From NCBI GenBank assembly GCA_963714095.1, contig OY970230.1:1023907-1087906 (forward strand): a DNA stretch of 64,000 nucleotides, written 5' to 3'. Shown here piece by piece: positions 32,086 to 39,319 of this stretch (position 1 is the stretch's first letter; the number at the start of each line of letters is the position of its first letter). Below the pieces are notes generated by a model. It was not told the origin of the DNA. It ran no database searches and saw nothing but the letters and a program-made list of their open reading frames with translations. A program made the position numbers and the translations under genes. This DNA comes from Candidatus Gottesmanbacteria bacterium (lineage in GTDB: Bacteria > Patescibacteriota > Microgenomatia > UBA10105 > UBA927).

Positions 32086-33273
32086 TTATTTTGCTATTTT
32101 AACAGCTTTTCGGCCGACTTGAAATATCCCTCCGACTTTTGGTGAAACCGGTTCTTTTGGATTGGTTATTTTAACACCATTTATACTGACGGAACCCTGC
32201 GAAATTTGTCGTCGTGCTTCAGAATTGCTTGAGGCAAGATTCAGTGCTGTTAAATAGTCGATTGTACCAGCTGTAGATGGTAGGGTTGAAATTGATACGG
32301 TAGGCAATTTTGCCTGCGTGAGATCGCCGGTCTGGAACCGCGTGCCGAAATCTTTTTGGGCGGCATCAGCACTTGCTGAGCTATGAAGCTCAGCGACCAT
32401 CCGGTGAGCAAGTTCGATTTTAACGGTCATCGGATTCTCTTTTGCCGTGAGGCGTTTTTGCACGGCATCTACTTCTTCCATACTCGCGTTTGTTGCCAGC
32501 GTAAAATATTGCACGATAAGTTCATCCCGCAGGGACATGACTTTCCCGAACATATCTCCCGGACCGTCAGTAAGCCATATAGCATTATTCCAGGTTTTAC
32601 TCATTTTGCGGCCGTCGGTTCCCTCCAAAAATCCGTTGGCGATAATAAAGGATTCTTTTTTCCTCAAATCTTTTTGCAGAGTCCGGCCGGCCTGCATATT
32701 AAACGTCTGGTCCGTGCCGCCCAGCTGGATATCCGTATTCATAAACCAGCTGTCAAACCCCTGCATCACAGGGTAGAGAACTTCATGGAGTCCAACCTTT
32801 TTACCTTCCGTAAGACGTTTTTTGATAAGTTCCCGCCCGACAAAATCCCCGGCGGAAAAATGCTGGCAAAGTTTTACGATATCCGCAAATTTTAAATCCT
32901 TCAGCCATTCACTGTTGAAACGGACGTGTATTTTGGAAAAATCCAGCACCTTTTCCGCCTGTTTTTTGTAGGTTTCAAAATTATTTTTAATTTGTTCGCT
33001 TGTTAAGACCGGCCGTTCGCTGTCTTTATCGGATGTATCCCCGATAAGCGCCGTAAAATCACCGATAAGGAAGGTCACGTTATGGCCGAGTCTAGCAAAT
33101 GCGTTGAGTTTTCGCAGCGGCACTGCGTGCCCGATGTGGATTTGGGTGGCCGTGGGATCAATTCCGAGATATACATTGAGCTTTTTCCCACTCGCCAGGA
33201 GCGCCCGCAGTTTTTCTTTATTCGGGATGATATTCTCGACACCTCTGGTTAATAATTCCTCGATTTCGTCCAT
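32086..33273 (-). CDS. tyrS: Tyrosine--tRNA ligase
   Basis: The HIGH motif sits in TATQIHIGHAVP and the KMSKS motif is KMSKTWN. A C-terminal S4-like domain is present. Confidence 0.9.
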   Translation of the reverse strand: MDEIEELLTRGVENIIPNKEKLRALLASGKKLNVYLGIDPTATQIHIGHAVPLRKLNAFARLGHNVTFLIGDFTALIGDTSDKDSERPVLTSEQIKNNFETYKKQAEKVLDFSKIHVRFNSEWLKDLKFADIVKLCQHFSAGDFVGRELIKKRLTEGKKVGLHEVLYPVMQGFDSWFMNTDIQLGGTDQTFNMQAGRTLQKDLRKKESFIIANGFLEGTDGRKMSKTWNNAIWLTDGPGDMFGKVMSLRDELIVQYFTLATNASMEEVDAVQKRLTAKENPMTVKIELAHRMVAELHSSASADAAQKDFGTRFQTGDLTQAKLPTVSISTLPSTAGTIDYLTALNLASSNSEARRQISQGSVSINGVKITNPKEPVSPKVGGIFQVGRKAVKIAK

Positions 33274-33285
33274 AAATTTATTTTA

Positions 33286-33981
33286 TCACACATTTCGTGT
33301 CATTTCGCGAACGGTTGCATGCGCAAGAATATCCATTGTGTCATGGACAGTAATTCCCTGGATATTCGGAAATAGTATTTGTAAATCCGTACACGCTAAC
33401 AAAATATCCTGAATGTTTTTTCGAAGAAACGATTCGGCAATTACAGTGAGGCCTTTTTTCGTTTTTTCGACATCTTTTTGATTGAGAATATTGTGAATTG
33501 CGAGATTAATAGATTGTTGTTCATCATTGGTCGGGAGAATGGTTTTGATACCAAAACTTCGTAATTTTTTTGCATGTAATTGTTGTTTTCGGGATATGTC
33601 CGTTCCGATAAGCCCGATAGACGTAACATCGTTCGTTTTCAGCGACAAAGCCGTTTCGTCGAGAATGCTGAGTACCGGAATAGAGACTGCACGTCGTATG
33701 TCATGAATAAATACATGAAGCGTATTGCAGGGCATGACAAGAAAATCCGCTCCGGCATTTTCCAATAGTTTAGCCGCTGAAATAAGGAAAGGGAGAAATT
33801 TATTCATACTTTCCCCTTTCAATATCAGATCATTCTCGATTTGAACGGGGATTGGTGTGTTCCACATTAATATCGCAGGCCTCGTGCGTTGTTTTTGTGC
33901 AGCACAGAGTTCAACTATTTTTAGCTGAAATGCCGCGGTCGTTTCCGGACCGAATCCACCGATAATTCCCACAGTTTTCAT
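33286..33981 (-). CDS. Asp/Glu/hydantoin racemase family protein
   Basis: The N-terminus reads MKTVGIIGGFGPETT, and a PCNTLH (Cys) motif and a second Cys motif (ACTDL) are present. Confidence 0.7.
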   Translation of the reverse strand: MKTVGIIGGFGPETTAAFQLKIVELCAAQKQRTRPAILMWNTPIPVQIENDLILKGESMNKFLPFLISAAKLLENAGADFLVMPCNTLHVFIHDIRRAVSIPVLSILDETALSLKTNDVTSIGLIGTDISRKQQLHAKKLRSFGIKTILPTNDEQQSINLAIHNILNQKDVEKTKKGLTVIAESFLRKNIQDILLACTDLQILFPNIQGITVHDTMDILAHATVREMTRNV

Positions 33982-33985
33982 ATTG

Positions 33986-34948
33986 TTATTGCTCTGTAAG
34001 CTTAACCTCCTGAATAAATTCGTCGACATTCGGTAAATTTGGACTCGTCAGGCGCAGTTTTTCTACGTGTTTCTCTATAGAAACAAGATCGCCGAATGCA
34101 GTTTTAAATCCTTCATCTACGAGCGCAGAAAGCTCTTCTCGGGTTTTCGTAAAACCTAAGGTAAGCAAATCAGTAAGCAGCGGCTCCCGTTTTCCGTTTA
34201 ACTGTCTGGGCATGTAATGAGGCCCGGGGCACCGGTCAGTAAATAGGTCCAGGTGATCACCGTGCACAACAAGTTCCGGTAATTGATTTTCAACGATAGG
34301 CATGAGCTTTTTCCGTACTGATTGAAACGTCTCTTCCGATGTAGAAAAGCAATTGATTGTTATCGCCTTTGTTGGTGCAGGGAAAAACTTTTCCGGATCC
34401 CATGCGTCATGCCAACCGAAAATATGATGGGGCGTATAGATTTTTGCGCTTTCTTTATTTCCCCGCTTTTCTGCGGCGTTAAATGCTTTTTCCCACATTG
34501 GTGCGAGGGTCGGATCATGAAGACTCAGCAATTCGTCGGAAAGGCGTGATAGAAGGCTGATTGCGTTATTTGTTATCGGTTTATCGACATCGAGAAACCA
34601 GGAAATAGATGGGTGAAAGATTTCTTCAAATTTTTGAATAAAGAAAACACCCTGCCGGACCGTATCTTCTCCATCAGTGTGAGCGATGCCGTTTGCATGT
34701 TCCGATAAGTGCAATGGTACGAATACCCGAAGTTCAGGTGACACTGTTTTTTTCTCGGCGATTGCCTCGGCCAGCGAGAACGCAGGTGCAAATCCCGCCA
34801 AAAACCGCGCCGGCAGACCCAGGTCACTTATTCCAAAAACGACATTGATACCGACACTATTTTGTGCCCATGACGAATTTTCGATCTGAGATAATGACCG
34901 ACGTAGTCCTGTTTTGAATTCTGGTTGTAAGGCCTCAATTTTATTCAT
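33986..34948 (-). CDS. Hypothetical protein (320 aa)
   Basis: This long ORF fills the gap between tRNA-Tyr and the racemase on the same strand. No motif was recognised. Confidence 0.5.
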   Translation of the reverse strand: MNKIEALQPEFKTGLRRSLSQIENSSWAQNSVGINVVFGISDLGLPARFLAGFAPAFSLAEAIAEKKTVSPELRVFVPLHLSEHANGIAHTDGEDTVRQGVFFIQKFEEIFHPSISWFLDVDKPITNNAISLLSRLSDELLSLHDPTLAPMWEKAFNAAEKRGNKESAKIYTPHHIFGWHDAWDPEKFFPAPTKAITINCFSTSEETFQSVRKKLMPIVENQLPELVVHGDHLDLFTDRCPGPHYMPRQLNGKREPLLTDLLTLGFTKTREELSALVDEGFKTAFGDLVSIEKHVEKLRLTSPNLPNVDEFIQEVKLTEQ

Positions 34949-34963
34949 AGTTTTATACCTTTG

Positions 34964-35048
34964 TGCTGAGGCCAGGATTTGAACCTGGGTAGCCCGTCAG
35001 GGCGACAGATTTACAGTCTGTTGCGATTGACCGCTCCGCCATCTCAGC
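34964..35048 (-). tRNA. tRNA-Tyr (anticodon GTA), type II with long variable arm
   Basis: A cloverleaf can be read by eye: the anticodon arm ACAGA-CTGTAAA-TCTGT gives GUA, the variable arm is CGCCCTGACGGGCTA, and the T arm is CCAGG-TTCAAAT-CCTGG. There is one A-C mismatch at the base of the acceptor stem. Confidence 0.8.
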
Positions 35049-35101
35049 GATTTTCGTGCCCAGTGGGAGGTGGTTCCTTTCCTCCGTTCGGGCATGAAAC
35101 A

Positions 35102-35356
35102 TTAGTACGAATTCATTCCCCAGACTCTTTTGTCCCTAAAATCATCACATTGGAATGCTGCGGTAAAATCTGCTAAACAACGACCCTCTATACTTCTTTT
35201 TGGTTGTGTTTCATCTCCTATAAATTTTTCCTCCACCGCGCAAAATTTAGGTATATGCGTTTCAATATCATTACCGTGATTTTTCCATCCCTCTATTTTT
35301 TTAAGGGCTAAACATTTTCCGTCTGAAAAGTGTTCACATCGGTTCATACTATTCAC
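35102..35356 (-). CDS. Small Cys-containing hypothetical protein (84 aa)
   Basis: The ORF lies on the same strand 11 nt downstream of the preceding small ORF. It has 5 cysteines and no recognisable motif. Confidence 0.35.
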   Translation of the reverse strand: MNSMNRCEHFSDGKCLALKKIEGWKNHGNDIETHIPKFCAVEEKFIGDETQPKRSIEGRCLADFTAAFQCDDFRDKRVWGMNSY

Positions 35357-35367
35357 CTCCTTTCAAA

Positions 35368-35766
35368 TTATTTTTTACTTATCTCACCTCCAGAAAGTAA
35401 AATCACTGAACCTGCGGCCATACCTGCACAATCTTCCGCGAAACGCCGACGGGCATTTTGATCCGGCGGTATTTGGTTTAGCTCTGTTGATAACCTATCT
35501 CTAAATTCATTTAGAACCCTTTCTTCTTCAGCCGAATTTATTGCGCCGTCGACGTGGTCGGAGCAAACGAGAGAACCAGGGACGCCTGTAAAATTACAAT
35601 CTTCATGGATATGAAATTCGTTTGTTAATTCAGTAGTTATAGATTGTCGTTGCTGCGTTTCCTGACTACTATTGTTTGTGCGTACGGCATCCACAGCCGA
35701 TCCCACGGTTGTCAAAAGTCCACCGATCATTAATACGTTGCCTAATGTTTCTCGAATGTTTTTCAT
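35368..35766 (-). CDS. Small secreted/membrane-anchored hypothetical protein
   Basis: The N-terminus has a hydrophobic segment, LMIGGLLTTVGSA. An SD-like GAAGGTGA lies 7 nt upstream of the ATG. The protein has 4 cysteines. Confidence 0.45.
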   Translation of the reverse strand: MKNIRETLGNVLMIGGLLTTVGSAVDAVRTNNSSQETQQRQSITTELTNEFHIHEDCNFTGVPGSLVCSDHVDGAINSAEEERVLNEFRDRLSTELNQIPPDQNARRRFAEDCAGMAAGSVILLSGGEISKK

Positions 35767-35787
35767 ATGTATCACCTTCGATCTCGT

Positions 35788-35859
35788 GTGCTAGGGGAGG
35801 ACTCGAACCTCTCCCGCGGATCGGTATTTTCGATCGGCGGTTCCATCAGTACCCCAGCA
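35788..35859 (-). ncRNA. tRNA-like element (T-arm + acceptor-like 3' half, non-canonical 5' half)
   Basis: A GGAGAGG-TTCGAGT-CCTCCCC T-arm is followed by CCTAGCA, which can pair with a 5' TGCTGGG (7 bp). No canonical D or anticodon arm could be drawn. An internal hairpin CGCCGATCG-AAAATAC-CGATCCGCG is present. Confidence 0.35.
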
Positions 35860-35868
35860 TTTTCCACT

Positions 35869-36133
35869 AAAAAACCTCGCCTCTATCCCCGAATTTGATC
35901 AGGGACAAGGGCGAGGTCAGTTAGGCCACGCGGTACCACCTTGTTTTGCCAAAGAAAAACCGACACGAGGTCGGTTCTACCTTAGCCTCAACGAACTTTG
36001 CTTTTGGCAACATTCGTTTCACGCTGTTACGGGCGTACCCGGTTCATGCTCCAGAGTGTATTTCGGTCGCTTATCGTTTTTTTAATAAGCGATCTACTAG
36101 GGTCTCCTTCAACGCATTTCTATTCAATTGTTC
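35869..36133 (-). promoter_or_regulatory. T-box riboswitch leader (T-box core + intrinsic terminator), candidate Tyr specifier
   Basis: On the minus strand the sequence AAGGUGGUACCGCG matches the T-box core AGGGUGGNACCGCG at 13 of 14 positions (+35929..35942). About 12 nt downstream is a terminator hairpin CCTCGCCC...GGCGAGG followed by U6 (+35869..35916). A stem III-like hairpin AACCGAC-CTCGT-GTCGGTT precedes the core. The 5' region has a K-turn-like UGAAGGAGA motif and a GAA-A-UAC-A candidate specifier near +36056..36063. Confidence 0.65.
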
Positions 36134-36137
36134 ACCT

Positions 36138-36166
36138 ATTATACCACAATTTGCCTGTTTTTGCAA
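36138..36166 (-). promoter_or_regulatory. Sigma70-like promoter (-35 TTGCAA, 17-nt spacer, -10 TATAAT) driving the T-box leader
   Basis: On the minus strand the sequence reads TTGCAAaaacaggcaaattgtggTATAAT. The predicted TSS is about 7 nt upstream of the start of the leader element. Confidence 0.55.
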
Positions 36167-36185
36167 CTGCGCGTAAAATAGCTAT

Positions 36186-38777
36186 ATGTCTCTCTATGAC
36201 CGTTTTCGTAATCGGCAATTTCGTCGTCGGAGTTTTCGGATGACACGCAGTAATCTCCAGTTCATTACGACCATCGCCGTTGTCGGATTTTTTGTTGCAG
36301 TGGCAGCGGTTCTCTTTGTTGTTATTCTTTTTGCCTGGTATGCCAGGGATTTGCCCAGTCCCGATAAAGTGCAGCGGACAAGCGGATTATCCACGGTGAT
36401 TTTAGACCGCAACGGCGAAAGCCTGTATGACATTTACCAGAACGCAAACCGTATTCCGGTGCAGCTTTCGGATATCCCGAAATACTGCCAGGACGGGACG
36501 ATTGCCGTTGAAGATAAAACATTTTATACGCACCCCGGCATTTCGACAACCGGCATCATCCGCGCACTTATCTCGACCGTAGTCTTTCATAACGTCGAGG
36601 GAGGCTCGACCCTCACGCAGCAGCTGGTGAAAAATGTACTGTTGACCAATGAACAGACATTGCCACGGAAAATTAAGGAAGCAATCCTCGCCATACAAAT
36701 CGAGCGCAAATATACCAAAGACCAGATTTTGCAGATGTATTTAAACGAAGCGCCGTACGGCGGCACATCGGTGGGCATGGAAAGCGCCTCCCAGCTCTAC
36801 TTCGGCACGTCTGTAAAAGATTTAAATTTAACCCAATGTGCGATTTTGGCAGGGCTTCCCCAGGATCCCAGTAATTATTCCCCGTTTATCGGGACTCCGA
36901 AAGCATACGTGGGGCGGACCGAGATCGTTCTGCGGGCGATGCGTGACAACGGATATATCAGTGCGTCTCAGGAATCGGCGGCTGAAAAAGAAATTGCAGG
37001 GGTAACGTTTGCCTCCGACACGGGCGGGCTTCGTGCCCCCCATTTTGTCGCCTATGTGAAAGATCAGCTGGTGACAAAGTTCGGGGCTGCCACGGTGGAC
37101 GGCGGGGGGCTCAAGGTGACCACAACATTGGACTGGAAACTGCAGCAACAGGCACAAACCATTGTGAAGGAGGAAGTGGACAAAGCCAAATACTTGAGCG
37201 TGTCAAACGGGGCCGCGGTTGTCATTGATCCGGCAACCGGTGAAATTCTTGCCATGGTGGGGAGTAAAGATTACTCGGCTACGGACTCAAGTGGCTACAA
37301 GTTTAATGTGGTGACCCAGGGGCTCCGGCAGCCGGGATCATCGATTAAACCATTTACCTACGCGACGGCATTTAAAAAAGGCTATACTGCCGCAACACTT
37401 TTGATGGATGTGGACACGAAATACCCATCCGGAGATCCGACGAAGCCGGAGTATGAACCGAAAAATTATGACGGAAAATTCCGCGGCCCCATGCAGCTGC
37501 GGTATGCACTGGGTAACTCAATTAATACAATTGCAGTAAAAGTAAGTGCCTTGGTAGGAGTTAAAGATGTATTAACAACCGCTAATGATATGGGCATTTC
37601 TTCTCTTGCGCCGACTGATGACAATCTCAAACGGTTGGGATTATCCATGACTTTAGGCGGCGGTGAAGTAACACTCCTGGACCTTACGAGTGCCTACGGA
37701 GTCTTTGCAACAGAAGGCATGCGTATGGCCCCGGTATCAATACTCAAGGTTGAAGATAGGAACGGAAAAGTTTTGTATCAGTACAATCCCCCGACACCCG
37801 TGCGGGTAATTGCAGCGGATGTTTCATACATGATTTCCGATATACTTTCGGATAATGATGCACGGAAAGACGAATTCGGCTCAAATTCATACCTGTATGT
37901 TCCGGGTTTTACGGTTGCTGCTAAAACCGGCACGACGGACGACAAGCGCGATAATTGGACAATCGGTTACACGCCGTCGGTTGTCGTTGGCGCGTGGGTG
38001 GGTAATAACGACAATTCCCCGATGAACCAGGCGCTGGCATCCGGCATTACCGGCGCGGCGCCCATCTGGAACCGCATCATGCGCGCAGCCCTTAGTGGCA
38101 AAAAAGACGAACCGTTCGTCAGGCCAAGTGACATCATCGAAATGGATATTGATGCTTACGGCGGCGGCACGCCGGTCTCCGGGGAACCAACGCGGAAGGA
38201 GCGCTTTATCAAAGGCACGGAGCCTACAGGCCCTTCTCCTATCTATCAGAATATAAAAATATCGCGTCATGACAGCATAAAGCTTGCTAACCCCGTGGAG
38301 ATTACCAACGGGCAATATGACCTGAAGCCGTATATCGTTTTTTCGGAGCAGGACCCGGTGTCCTCGGACGGCAAAAACCGCTGGCAGGACGCCATTAACG
38401 CATGGATTGCGACTCAGGGGGATCCGAAATTCCACCCGCCGACCGACACCTACCAAGGGACGGATCAGATCGGTATGAACGTGCAGAGCCCGAAAGATAT
38501 GACACGGGTAAATAGTAATTCCGTCAACGTGCAGGTTGCGGTGACGACGCTCAACGGCCTGGATCGTGTGGAAATTTCCCTCGACGGGTCGATAGTGCAG
38601 ACCGTGCATGATAACAATGTGAACGTAACGATTACGGTGCCGAATGGCTCCCACATCATTCATCTGGAAGTTGTTGATTCAAAAGGAAATCATGCAAGTA
38701 ATGATCTGCATGTGGGAATTAATCAGGATTATTCGGCGCCGACGCCGACCGCTACGCCTACCCCTACTTCGCCTTAG
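36186..38777 (+). CDS. Class A penicillin-binding protein (PBP1A-type transglycosylase/transpeptidase) with C-terminal extension
   Basis: An N-terminal TM is followed by GT51 motifs (EDKTFYTHPGI, RKIKEAILAIQIERKYTKDQILQMYLN). The transpeptidase SxxK context is GSSIKP. A C-terminal domain of about 200 aa ends in the Pro/Thr-rich SAPTPTATPTPTSP. Confidence 0.85.
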   Translation: MSLYDRFRNRQFRRRSFRMTRSNLQFITTIAVVGFFVAVAAVLFVVILFAWYARDLPSPDKVQRTSGLSTVILDRNGESLYDIYQNANRIPVQLSDIPKYCQDGTIAVEDKTFYTHPGISTTGIIRALISTVVFHNVEGGSTLTQQLVKNVLLTNEQTLPRKIKEAILAIQIERKYTKDQILQMYLNEAPYGGTSVGMESASQLYFGTSVKDLNLTQCAILAGLPQDPSNYSPFIGTPKAYVGRTEIVLRAMRDNGYISASQESAAEKEIAGVTFASDTGGLRAPHFVAYVKDQLVTKFGAATVDGGGLKVTTTLDWKLQQQAQTIVKEEVDKAKYLSVSNGAAVVIDPATGEILAMVGSKDYSATDSSGYKFNVVTQGLRQPGSSIKPFTYATAFKKGYTAATLLMDVDTKYPSGDPTKPEYEPKNYDGKFRGPMQLRYALGNSINTIAVKVSALVGVKDVLTTANDMGISSLAPTDDNLKRLGLSMTLGGGEVTLLDLTSAYGVFATEGMRMAPVSILKVEDRNGKVLYQYNPPTPVRVIAADVSYMISDILSDNDARKDEFGSNSYLYVPGFTVAAKTGTTDDKRDNWTIGYTPSVVVGAWVGNNDNSPMNQALASGITGAAPIWNRIMRAALSGKKDEPFVRPSDIIEMDIDAYGGGTPVSGEPTRKERFIKGTEPTGPSPIYQNIKISRHDSIKLANPVEITNGQYDLKPYIVFSEQDPVSSDGKNRWQDAINAWIATQGDPKFHPPTDTYQGTDQIGMNVQSPKDMTRVNSNSVNVQVAVTTLNGLDRVEISLDGSIVQTVHDNNVNVTITVPNGSHIIHLEVVDSKGNHASNDLHVGINQDYSAPTPTATPTPTSP

Positions 38778-39319
38778 GCAGTTACCACCGTTGCCCCGAA
38801 TTTTTCGCCTGCGTACTCGATGAGTTTTTGGCGGATCGGTGCGATATCCATTCCCGTCAGATTTTTTGTCGGGTCGTTATACATCACACGGAACGTCCGT
38901 TTATTTTCGTACGCACCCAAAAACGTAATTGATTCGATGAGTTTATGCACCTGCGAAAGCACATCGATAAGCGGCCCCACCTGAAATCCTTCCGGAACGA
39001 TAAAAGATAAATCTTCAATAATCGGCGGATATTTGGATATGGGTCTATAAGTCCGTACCGGATTTGCATGCTTCACGAGTTCAGAAATATCCAAATAGAC
39101 CCGTGTTACGGGCGTATGAATATTCATTTTTGCCAGTAATTCGGGGTTCACGACACCGAGGGACCCGAATATGCCTAAAGAGAGGTGTTGGTCTGTATAT
39201 ATTTTGAGACCGTGTTTATCTGTCTCACTACTGGCGGGCACCGGAATACCAAAAAGTCGGAACAGGGTTTCCGCAAGTCCTTTCGCCTCCCTGAATTTCC
39301 TCACTGGTCCATACAACAA
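38774..39319 (-). CDS. pheT: Phenylalanine--tRNA ligase beta subunit, C-terminal FDX-ACB segment (other frame)
   Basis: FREAKGLAETLFRLFGI and KFGATVVTA fit the PheT C-terminal anticodon-binding domain. This ORF overlaps the previous one by 92 nt in a different frame. Confidence 0.65.
   Translation of the reverse strand: MLYGPVRKFREAKGLAETLFRLFGIPVPASSETDKHGLKIYTDQHLSLGIFGSLGVVNPELLAKMNIHTPVTRVYLDISELVKHANPVRTYRPISKYPPIIEDLSFIVPEGFQVGPLIDVLSQVHKLIESITFLGAYENKRTFRVMYNDPTKNLTGMDIAPIRQKLIEYAGEKFGATVVTA

Noticed and set aside
35788-36135. tmRNA (ssrA) hypothesis for the ~350-nt non-coding region ending in a tRNA-like T-arm and acceptor
   Set aside because: The conserved T-box core AAGGUGGUACCGCG plus a downstream terminator explains the region better. 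No 5' partner for the acceptor exists ~300 nt upstream. No G3-U70 pair is present. No tag-peptide frame ends in a typical ...LAA or ...VAA.
35850-36135. RNase P RNA or SRP RNA as an alternative identity for the same region
   Set aside because: No P4 strands (AGGAAAGUCCGGGC / ACAGAACCCGGCUUA) are present. No SRP domain IV GGAA...AGCAG motif is present.
37887-38663. 258-aa ORF antisense to the PBP1A gene
   Set aside because: It is the mirror frame of a strongly supported CDS and is rich in Arg and His, as is typical of an antisense GC-rich frame.
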